Positions 21,084 to 28,802 of a stretch of DNA of 64,000 nt are shown piece by piece; positions within the stretch are counted from its first letter, which is position 1; every line of letters starts with the position of its first letter. A model generated the notes under the pieces. That model ran no database searches and had not been told where the DNA came from. It saw only the letters and a list, made by a program, of their open reading frames with translations. The stretch covers positions 1,122,634 through 1,186,633 of the forward strand of contig OW818697.1 of the NCBI GenBank assembly GCA_942493365.1, read 5' to 3'. The translations under genes and the position numbers were made by a program. The DNA is from an uncultured Clostridiaceae bacterium (GTDB lineage Bacteria; Bacillota; Clostridia; Saccharofermentanales; UBA5734).

Positions 21084-22663
21084 ACAAGCAGACCCTAAAC
21101 GATCTGCGCCTGCCGCTCGGCCACAGCGAAGCTGATCTGTTAGCGCTTATCGCTCGCCGCGCCGGCCTGTCGACAGCCGCGACCGTCGACGCCGGGTTCC
21201 GGATCGTCAGAAAATCGATTGACGCCCGCCGCAAGGGGGCACTGATCTTGCAATACAGCGTAGAACTTGGCGGCTCGCTGGCCTTAACCGGCGTGGCCAG
21301 CCTGGTTGCCAGCGCGCCAAATCACGCGAACGCCGAGCGACCAGTGGTCGTCGGCGCAGGCCCGGCCGGTCTCTTTGCCGCGCTGGCGCTGGCGCTGGCG
21401 GGCCAAAAGCCGATTGTTCTGGAGCAAGGCCGTCAGGTCGCAGAGCGGCAGGCCGATGTGGAGCGCTTCTGGCAAACTGGCCAGCTTGACCCGGCCTCCA
21501 ATGTCCAGTTTGGCGAGGGGGGTGCCGGCACCTTTTCTGATGGCAAGCTGACCACCGGCATCAAGGATCCTCGCTGCCGCGCGGTCCTCGAGGAAATGGT
21601 GCTGGCTGGTGCGCCGCCGGAGATTCTGTGTCTGGCCCGTCCGCACGTGGGTACTGACCATCTGCGGCAGGTGGTGCGCAACCTGCGCGAGAAAATTATC
21701 AGCCTGGGCGGCGAATTTCGTTTCAACTGCCGACTGACCGGCTTACAGCACAAGCAAGGCCAGCTGACCGGACTGACCTGCGACACCCGCGTGAACGACC
21801 AGACGCTAACGCAGGAATGGGCCGTCAAGCGACTCGTTCTGGCCGTGGGGCACAGCGCCCGACCGACTTTTACCTGGCTGTCCGACCTGCCGGTTGAGAT
21901 GGAGGCCAAGCCTTTCTCGATTGGCGTGCGCATCGAACACCTGCAGTCCGCGATTGACCAAAGTCAATATGGCCGCCAGGCCGGCCATCCGCAGCTGCCG
22001 CCGGCCGACTACAAGCTGGCCTGCCATTTACCGTCCGGTCGATCGGTTTACACCTTCTGCATGTGCCCCGGCGGTCAGGTCGTCGCCGCGGCTTCTGAAA
22101 GCAGCGGGGTGGTCACCAACGGCATGAGCTGTTTTGCCCGTGATTTGCCCAATGCCAACAGCGGCCTGTTGGTGGGCGTCGATCCCGTCGACTTTCCCGA
22201 ACCAGGGCCGCTCGGCGGCATGCGCTGGCAGCAAAGTCTCGAACAGCGGGCTTTTGTTCTCGGCGGCGGCCAATTCCGTGCGCCGGCGCAGCGGGTCGGG
22301 CAATTTATGACCGGCTTGCCGAGTTGGGGAGACAGGGCAGCCAATTCGCTGCTCCAACCCTCTTATCAGCCCGGGGTCAACTGGTGCGATTTGGCGGAGG
22401 TCTTGCCATCGATTGTATCGATGGCGCTGCGTGAAGCCCTGCCGCTTCTGGATCGGCGTCTGGCTGGATTTGCCGCGCCCGAGGCCATCCTGACCGGTCT
22501 GGAAACCCGCAGTTCATCGCCCTTGCGGATCGGGCGCGACTTGAATTTTCAATCTTCGTTGCGCGGCCTTTTTCCCTGCGGCGAAGGCGCCGGCTTTGCT
22601 GGCGGCATCATGTCGGCGGCGGTCGATGGCTTACGTTGTGCCGAAGCATTGAGCAACTCTTGA
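21080..22663 (+). CDS. FAD-dependent protein (COG2509-like)
   Basis: 527 aa. VVVGAGPAGLFAALALA motif. 4-bp overlap with the upstream gene. Confidence 0.7.
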   Translation: MNKQTLNDLRLPLGHSEADLLALIARRAGLSTAATVDAGFRIVRKSIDARRKGALILQYSVELGGSLALTGVASLVASAPNHANAERPVVVGAGPAGLFAALALALAGQKPIVLEQGRQVAERQADVERFWQTGQLDPASNVQFGEGGAGTFSDGKLTTGIKDPRCRAVLEEMVLAGAPPEILCLARPHVGTDHLRQVVRNLREKIISLGGEFRFNCRLTGLQHKQGQLTGLTCDTRVNDQTLTQEWAVKRLVLAVGHSARPTFTWLSDLPVEMEAKPFSIGVRIEHLQSAIDQSQYGRQAGHPQLPPADYKLACHLPSGRSVYTFCMCPGGQVVAAASESSGVVTNGMSCFARDLPNANSGLLVGVDPVDFPEPGPLGGMRWQQSLEQRAFVLGGGQFRAPAQRVGQFMTGLPSWGDRAANSLLQPSYQPGVNWCDLAEVLPSIVSMALREALPLLDRRLAGFAAPEAILTGLETRSSSPLRIGRDLNFQSSLRGLFPCGEGAGFAGGIMSAAVDGLRCAEALSNS

Positions 22664-22780
22664 CACAATTGCAACACCAACGTAAGATAAAGGTATCCGA
22701 GTCATCTTTTGTCATGATATAATTTTGATATCGCAACCCGGCGCTGCTTTGCTTGCTCGGAATACGGATTGGAGTTTAAC

Positions 22781-25700
22781 ATGAAAAAGAAAGTCCTGGC
22801 TGTGTTGATTTGTCTGGTTTTTTGCACCACCATCCTGCAAGGCCTTCCAAATCGAGTTGAAGCGACAACCAACCCCACAGCGGTTGGCCTGACGGAGTTT
22901 GCCTTAAAAGCCTACCGAGAAGGCTGGGGCTACGTCTACGGCACCTATGGGCAGGTCATTACCCAGACGTTAATCGATGGCAAAGCCGGACAATACCCGG
23001 CGGTCTACAGCGAAATCATGTCCGATGGCAATACCGCCTACCAGAATTCTCAGGAATGGATCGGTCACCGCGGAGCCGACTGCGTCGGTCTGATGAAAGC
23101 CTACCTCTGGTGGCAGGGCGATGCCTACGACCCAACGCGCTATCTGGCCCAGGACAAATCGGCCAATGGCACCTACAGTTTGGCGTCTGTCAAAGGCCCG
23201 ATCAGCACCCTGCCCGAGACTCATGGCATCTGCCTGTGGAAAGACGGGCACGTTGGTGTCTACATTGGCAATGGCTGGGTCATTGAAGCCCGCGGCTGTG
23301 AATACGGGGTTGTCATGACCCGTTTGTCTGACCGGCCATGGACCAATTGGTTCCAAAATCCCTTTGTCAGTTATTCGGCCAGCGGCTGGACTACGGTTGA
23401 CAGCCAGACTTACTATTATCAAAACGGCGTTTATCTGACCGGCTTGCAAACCATTGACGGCAAAACCTATTTATTCGGCACAGACGGCAGCGTTCAGACC
23501 GGATTTGGCGTTATTGATGGCAAAATCCGTTATTTCCAGGCTGACGGCTCCCAGCTGTCCGGCTGGCAAACCATTCAGGGCGCGCGTTACTACCTTGGGG
23601 ATGACGGGACAGCCGCCACCTCGTGGGCGACTGTTGACGGGCAGGCCCGCCTGTTCAGTCCGCTCGGCATCCTGCTGACCGGCTGGCAGCAAACCAGCGA
23701 GGGCGTTTACCGGCTTGATGCCGAAGGCGTCCCGCTGATCGGCAGTCAGGACATCGACGGCATAACCTATACCTTTGATGAAACCGGCAAGCTCTTGACC
23801 GGCTGGCAGGATAATGCCGGCGACGTGTCATATCGGGATCTGACCGGAGAAACCCTGACTGGTTTCCAGTTGATCAACGGCCAGCGCTACTGGTTTGACG
23901 GCACCGGCCTGCGCGGCAACGGCTGGCAGACCGACGGCACCGCGGATTATTACTTTGACACCACGACCGGCATCGGCCTGCCCGGCGGCCTCTCCACAGT
24001 GGATTCGCAGCCTCGCCTCTTTGCGGCTGACGGGTCCCTGATCGAAGCAGCCGGCTTGGTCTTTACCAACGGCCAGATTTATCTGGCCGACGCGACCGGC
24101 CTGCCGCTGGACGGCACGCAAACCCTCAATGGCCAGGCCGCTGACGCCTCCGCGGCTGCGGTCGACCTCCTGTTGACGGACGCTGTCTTACAAATGCAAA
24201 ACCAGGCTGATTTCGCGCTCACACCGACCGCCGCAGCCTTAACCCTGTCAGCCACTGTCCAGCCTACTGCCCAATTAACGATCATCGGCACACTGCCGGA
24301 CGGCGACCCGACGACCTGGATGACACTTGATCCGAGCATTGCCACAGTAGATGCCACCGGCCTGGTCACGGCGACGGGGATTGGCCAAACGCTGGTCATC
24401 CTCAAGACGGCTGGCGGCGCATATGCCGCCTGTCAGGTTACGGTGCTGCTCGACCCGGCGACCCTGCCCGCGGCGGGCGACCTGACGCTTGAAACAGGCC
24501 GTTCGGCTGACTTGACGCTGGCCGGTCTGCCGCCTGCGCTGCTGAGCGCTTGTACCCTGACCAGCGGGAATACGTCGGTTGCTACGATAGACGCCAACGG
24601 CCGCATCACCGGCATTGCCGCCGGTCAGACCACCATCACGATTGGTCTGTGCGGCGAAACCAGCGACGCGCTCCATGTCACGATCGCCGAACCGCTGCTC
24701 GGCCTCTCAGCCAGCCGCCCGGCTCTGACGCTGCCAATTGGCGCAACTGCAGACACTTTTGTCTCCCGCGTCTATGCCGCCAACACCGCAGCGGTGAGCT
24801 ATGAGAGCTCCGATCCGCTCGTCGCCTCGGTCAACAGCGCAGGCCGGATCAAGGGCCTGACCACCGGGGTGACGACTATCACAGCCACATCCGGCGCGTT
24901 CAGCGTCAGCTGTCTGGTGACCGTCAATGGAACTTACCCGATTCTGCGCCGCGGCAGCTCCGGTCAGTACGTCCGGCAGCTTCAGCAGCGCCTTGCCGAT
25001 CTTGGCTACCTGACCGGCCCCGTCGATGGCCAGTTTGGCCCATTGACCGAATTTGCCGTTAACTGCTTCCAGAAGCACCTGGGCCTGTATCTGACCGGCA
25101 AGGCCGATCATGCCCTGCAGCTCGCCCTGCAAGCTGACTCAGCGCTTGCAGCGGCCAGCGTCCAGGTCGCCGGCACCCTAAGGTCAGGTGACAGCGGCGA
25201 ATCGGTGTTTGTCATGCAGCAGCGGCTGTTCGAGCTCAATTATCTCAAGCAATACCCGACCGGCACCTTTGATGACCTCACACTGCAAGCCATTCACACC
25301 CTGCAGTCGCTCAACAGTCTCACACCGGGTGACATCGTCGATTCCACAGTCATCAGCGGGCTTTACAATCGCAAGGTTATTGCCGGCAAAACATCTTTGG
25401 TCCTGGGTGACAACGGCACCGAGGTGCTTCTGCTCCAGACCCGGCTCGCGCAGCTCAAATTCTACAACGGATCACTGGACGGTATTTTCAGCGCCAGCGT
25501 TGAGTTGGCTGTCAAAACCTTCCAGTTTCAGGCCAAACTGGCCGTCGACGGGGATGCCGGGCCCATAACGCAACGAGCCCTGTTTGCTGCCAGCGCCAAG
25601 GAATACGATCCTGCGCTTGGCACACCTGGGCCGATTGAGCTCAGCCCTGGCAACAACAGCAGCGCCGTTTTTGATTTGGAATGCCGTCTGGTCGCGTTGG

Positions 25701-26329
25701 GTTATCATTATGCGGTTCCCGACAATTACTACGACAGCCTGACAGTTGCTTCCATCCAGTCCTTTCAGCGCCGAATCGGCTTTGCGGCCACCGGCGTGGC
25801 CGATCTTTTGACCCAGGCCAGACTGACGGCGGCCAGCGCGCCCCGCTCGGCAACAACCTACAAATACGGCAATAGCGGCGTGCCAGTCAGTCAGATCCAG
25901 CAGCGGTTGAACCAGCTCGGGTTCGCCTGCGGTGTCGCGGACGGCCGCTTTGGCAGCAAAACATCGGCAGCGGTCAAGAATTTCCAGCGAGCCAATGGAC
26001 TTTATGCTGATGGCATCGTTGGCTCAATCTCGGTTGCCCGCCTCTTTGCTGCTGGCGGCACACCCGCGCCGATCATCACGCCGACACCCGCTCCAGTTGT
26101 TCCAGTTGTCACCGCATCAGGCATCACGCGTACCTTGCGATATGGCGCGCAAGGCGCTGACGTCAAACTGCTCCAGCAGCGCCTCAATCAACTTGGGTAC
26201 TATTGTGGCACGCCTGACGGTCGTTTCGGTCGCATGACCTTGGCCGCAACCAAGGCTTTCCAACGTAGCGCCGGACTGACGGCTGACGGCATTGTGGGTT
26301 CACGGACTCGAATTGCGTTATTCAGATAA
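22781..26329 (+). CDS. secreted multidomain cell-wall hydrolase: NlpC/P60-like domain, cell-wall-binding repeats, Big_2 domains, six PG_binding_1 domains
   Basis: Signal peptide MKKKVLAVLICLVFCTT. Cys/His pair in ...HRGADCVGLMK... and ...DGHVGVYIGNG.... About 12 GW/YF choline-binding-type repeats (GWQTIDGKTYLF...). Three Ig-like Big_2 segments. Six repeats of the L(R/K)xGxxGxxVxxLQxRLxxLGY type. Confidence 0.8.
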   Translation: MKKKVLAVLICLVFCTTILQGLPNRVEATTNPTAVGLTEFALKAYREGWGYVYGTYGQVITQTLIDGKAGQYPAVYSEIMSDGNTAYQNSQEWIGHRGADCVGLMKAYLWWQGDAYDPTRYLAQDKSANGTYSLASVKGPISTLPETHGICLWKDGHVGVYIGNGWVIEARGCEYGVVMTRLSDRPWTNWFQNPFVSYSASGWTTVDSQTYYYQNGVYLTGLQTIDGKTYLFGTDGSVQTGFGVIDGKIRYFQADGSQLSGWQTIQGARYYLGDDGTAATSWATVDGQARLFSPLGILLTGWQQTSEGVYRLDAEGVPLIGSQDIDGITYTFDETGKLLTGWQDNAGDVSYRDLTGETLTGFQLINGQRYWFDGTGLRGNGWQTDGTADYYFDTTTGIGLPGGLSTVDSQPRLFAADGSLIEAAGLVFTNGQIYLADATGLPLDGTQTLNGQAADASAAAVDLLLTDAVLQMQNQADFALTPTAAALTLSATVQPTAQLTIIGTLPDGDPTTWMTLDPSIATVDATGLVTATGIGQTLVILKTAGGAYAACQVTVLLDPATLPAAGDLTLETGRSADLTLAGLPPALLSACTLTSGNTSVATIDANGRITGIAAGQTTITIGLCGETSDALHVTIAEPLLGLSASRPALTLPIGATADTFVSRVYAANTAAVSYESSDPLVASVNSAGRIKGLTTGVTTITATSGAFSVSCLVTVNGTYPILRRGSSGQYVRQLQQRLADLGYLTGPVDGQFGPLTEFAVNCFQKHLGLYLTGKADHALQLALQADSALAAASVQVAGTLRSGDSGESVFVMQQRLFELNYLKQYPTGTFDDLTLQAIHTLQSLNSLTPGDIVDSTVISGLYNRKVIAGKTSLVLGDNGTEVLLLQTRLAQLKFYNGSLDGIFSASVELAVKTFQFQAKLAVDGDAGPITQRALFAASAKEYDPALGTPGPIELSPGNNSSAVFDLECRLVALGYHYAVPDNYYDSLTVASIQSFQRRIGFAATGVADLLTQARLTAASAPRSATTYKYGNSGVPVSQIQQRLNQLGFACGVADGRFGSKTSAAVKNFQRANGLYADGIVGSISVARLFAAGGTPAPIITPTPAPVVPVVTASGITRTLRYGAQGADVKLLQQRLNQLGYYCGTPDGRFGRMTLAATKAFQRSAGLTADGIVGSRTRIALFR

Positions 26330-26411
26330 AAAAAGATTTATGAAAATGTCAAACGGCACGATAATCTATCATGAGGACACAAATCTGACACTGTATCCTT
26401 GACGCGCAAGA

Positions 26412-26448
26412 GGGAAAGGATTCCCGACGCACTTATTCATGGAGGAAT
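26412..26448 (+). promoter_or_regulatory. conserved flagellin 5' leader with CsrA-type GGA hairpin and GGA-containing SD
   Basis: GGGAA-AGGA-TTCCC hairpin (26412-26425) presents AGGA in the loop. SD GGAGGA is at 26441-26446. The same 37 nt recur upstream of the second flagellin gene (28760-28796). Confidence 0.6.
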
Positions 26449-26454
26449 AGATTT

Positions 26455-28404
26455 ATGCGCATCAACAACAACCTGATGGCGATGAATACTCATCGTCAGT
26501 ATTCCGTGAACACTTTAGCCACATCCAAGTCCATTGAAAAGCTGTCATCCGGCCTGCGCATCGGTCGCGCCGGCGATGACGCCGCCGGTCTGGCCATCTG
26601 TGAGAAAATGCGCTCGCAGATCCGCGGCATGAACCAAGCAGCCCGCAACGCCCAGGACGGCATCTCGCTGATCCAGACCGCCGAGGGCGGCCTCGGCCAG
26701 ACGCACAGCCTGCTGCAGCGCATGCGCGAGCTGTCCGTGCAGAGCGCCAGTGACACCAACACCGCCGTTGAACGTTCCAGCTTGCAGCTCGAATTCGACC
26801 AGCTGACCGACGAAATCGACGACATCGCCAACAACACCAAATTCAACGGCATGAATCTGCTTAACGTCGGCGGCAGCTCCGTCAGCGCGTCGGTCACGAC
26901 CACAACCACCGGCGCCAGCTTTGGTGTGATTCAGGGCGATTCGGGCAACGGCGTCATCTCGCTGAACCAAGTAGTCCCCAGCGAAGCCGGATCATTAGCG
27001 CAATGGACCTTCGATATTACCAACGGGGGCGCGTTTAGTCAGGGAACCGGCATAATGCAATTCATGGGCGTGACATTGAGCATTGATGTTATTGGCGGTG
27101 GTGATCCGGCAGGTGTTTATTCGGCAACATCGCCTGTGAGTTCAACGGTAACCTTCGATGAAAATGCGACGACGGATGATGTAGCCGGTGGCATTGTTGC
27201 GGCCTTGACCGATCTGAGTAACAGCTTTGGCGGGTCATCCCCGATCAATGGTTTTACTTTCGCTGCGACCGGTAACCAAATAATGATTACAGCACCGGAT
27301 GCCGATGACGCCTATAACACTCGCAATGTTAACTTTACCAGCACGTCCAATGGCATCACAACAGCCGATCTCGCCTTACCAACGACGCTCAACGCCGCGG
27401 AACAGCTCGGCACCTATTCGTTTGTCATTGACAAGGCCATTGAAGCGGTCGGCGCCACGATCAACTTGGGCGGTGAAACCTTCACGGCTGTTGAATCGGG
27501 CGCGACTGGCAATCAATTCAACATCGGCACCGATGCCGGTGCTCAGGCCCAAAGTCTGGTCGATGCCATCAACGCCAACAACAACCTCAACACTCGCTTC
27601 ACAGCCAACGCGGTCGGCGGGGCAATCACCCTGACCGAAAAGACCGGCCAGGCCACTGGCGTTGATCTCACCGATTTAACGCTGGCCGGCAACACCCCGG
27701 TCGCAGGAGAATACACATTTCCGCTGGGTACTTCAATTCCGGACGGCGGCAGATACACCATTGACGGCGTTGACATCGCGGTCACAATTGATGCAGGCGA
27801 TGCCGGTATCGCTGCCGGTACGTCGGTACTCTATAATGCCGATCCGGATACCATGGCCGCCAATCTCAGCACGGCCATCGCCAACAATGCGGCCTTGTCT
27901 GCCAAATACATGCCCAGCGCAAGCGGCAACGTCATCACGCTGACGCAGCCTGGTCCGCCTTCCAGCATGACTGCCCCCGTCGTCACAGCCAGTACCAGCG
28001 ATGCAACGGGCTTTGATATTGAACTGCAGGTCGGCGCCGGGCCGGCCGATTCGCTGGAGCTGACAATCGCCAGCATGACCGGCGCCGCAATCGGCGTGGA
28101 GACCCTGAATATTTCCACCCGCAATGGCGCCAGCACAGCCATTACCGCGATCGACACGGCTGTCAACATGGTCTCCGGTGAACGTTCCAAAATGGGTGCC
28201 CTGCAGAACCGGCTGGGTCATAAAATCAGCAGTCTGGGCACGACCGGTGAGAACCTGACCGCTGCCGAATCGCGCATCCGTGACGTTGACATGGCCCACG
28301 AAATGATGATGTACACCAAGGACAACATCCTCGTCCAGGCCGCTACCGCCATGCTGGCGCAGGCCAATCAGGCGCCGCAGGCCGTGTTGCAATTGTTGCA
28401 GTAA
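26455..28404 (+). CDS. fliC: flagellin (large variable central domain), paralogue 1
   Basis: 649 aa. N-terminal MRINNNLMAMNTHRQY...LSSGLRIGRAGDDAAGLAI and C-terminal ...AMLAQANQAPQAVLQLLQ flagellin domains. The central region has flagellin-IN-like motifs. Confidence 0.93.
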   Translation: MRINNNLMAMNTHRQYSVNTLATSKSIEKLSSGLRIGRAGDDAAGLAICEKMRSQIRGMNQAARNAQDGISLIQTAEGGLGQTHSLLQRMRELSVQSASDTNTAVERSSLQLEFDQLTDEIDDIANNTKFNGMNLLNVGGSSVSASVTTTTTGASFGVIQGDSGNGVISLNQVVPSEAGSLAQWTFDITNGGAFSQGTGIMQFMGVTLSIDVIGGGDPAGVYSATSPVSSTVTFDENATTDDVAGGIVAALTDLSNSFGGSSPINGFTFAATGNQIMITAPDADDAYNTRNVNFTSTSNGITTADLALPTTLNAAEQLGTYSFVIDKAIEAVGATINLGGETFTAVESGATGNQFNIGTDAGAQAQSLVDAINANNNLNTRFTANAVGGAITLTEKTGQATGVDLTDLTLAGNTPVAGEYTFPLGTSIPDGGRYTIDGVDIAVTIDAGDAGIAAGTSVLYNADPDTMAANLSTAIANNAALSAKYMPSASGNVITLTQPGPPSSMTAPVVTASTSDATGFDIELQVGAGPADSLELTIASMTGAAIGVETLNISTRNGASTAITAIDTAVNMVSGERSKMGALQNRLGHKISSLGTTGENLTAAESRIRDVDMAHEMMMYTKDNILVQAATAMLAQANQAPQAVLQLLQ

Positions 28405-28424
28405 AATCGGTTTTGCCGATTTTT
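28403..28424 (+). terminator. flagellin-1 terminator hairpin (module hairpin)
   Basis: AAAATCGG-ttttg-CCGATTTT overlaps the stop codon and is followed by T. Confidence 0.75.
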
Positions 28425-28473
28425 ACAACGAAAAGGTAATAGCTAACAGGTAACAGTTGCGGATGACAAATCC
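28425..28473 (+). repeat. heptad array + end box (plus orientation)
   Basis: CAACGAA AAGGTAA TAGCTAA CAGGTAA CAGTTGC, then the end box GCGGATGACAAATCC (28459-28473). Confidence 0.85.
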
Positions 28474-28487
28474 TTTTAAACTGATCG

Positions 28488-28523
28488 AACCAAAAAGAGA
28501 TCGTGCGCGATCTCTTTTTGGTT
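28488..28523. terminator. 16-bp-stem palindromic hairpin (bidirectional terminator candidate)
   Basis: AACCAAAAAGAGATCG-tgcg-CGATCTCTTTTTGGTT. A near-identical copy lies at 30834-30869. Confidence 0.7.
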
Positions 28524-28635
28524 ACATTTTTTTCTGCTGGTTTGTGTGGAGTTATTATTGAGTTGAAAAATACAATGACCTGTAGCTTCATCAGGATTGC
28601 AATGTGATCTAAATTGATCTAAATCAAATTTTTAA

Positions 28636-28714
28636 GGATTCTCATACCGCCGTTGTTCGTTGTTCGTTGTTCGTTTTTAGCTTTTAGCTTTTAGCTTTTC
28701 GTTTTTAGTCCGTT
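28636..28714 (-). repeat. end box + heptad array (minus orientation)
   Basis: The plus strand reads GGATTCTCATACCGCC (28636-28651), then GTTGTTC x3 GTTTTTA GCTTTTA x2 GCTTTTC GTTTTTA. The minus strand reads ...AAGCTAA AAACGAA CAACGAA CAACGGCGGTATGAGAATCC. Confidence 0.85.
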
Positions 28715-28759
28715 ACTATATTTGAGGGTAAAAATACATCTTTACCCGTCTGCGCACGT

Positions 28760-28796
28760 GGGAAAGGATTCCCGACGCACTTATTCATGGAGGAAT
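28760..28796 (+). promoter_or_regulatory. conserved flagellin 5' leader (copy 2) with CsrA-type GGA hairpin
   Basis: GGGAAAGGATTCCCGACGCACTTATTCATGGAGGAATA is identical to 26412-26448. SD at 28789-28794. Confidence 0.6.
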
Positions 28797-28802
28797 ATTT
28801 CT

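Noticed and set aside
26330-26411. Sigma-D/sigma-28 promoter upstream of flagellin 1 (and 28715-28759 for flagellin 2)
   Set aside because: The best candidates (…GGCACGATAAT…, …TAAAAATACATCTTTACCCGTCTGC…) do not fit TAAA-N15-GCCGATAT in spacing or sequence, so no promoter is called.
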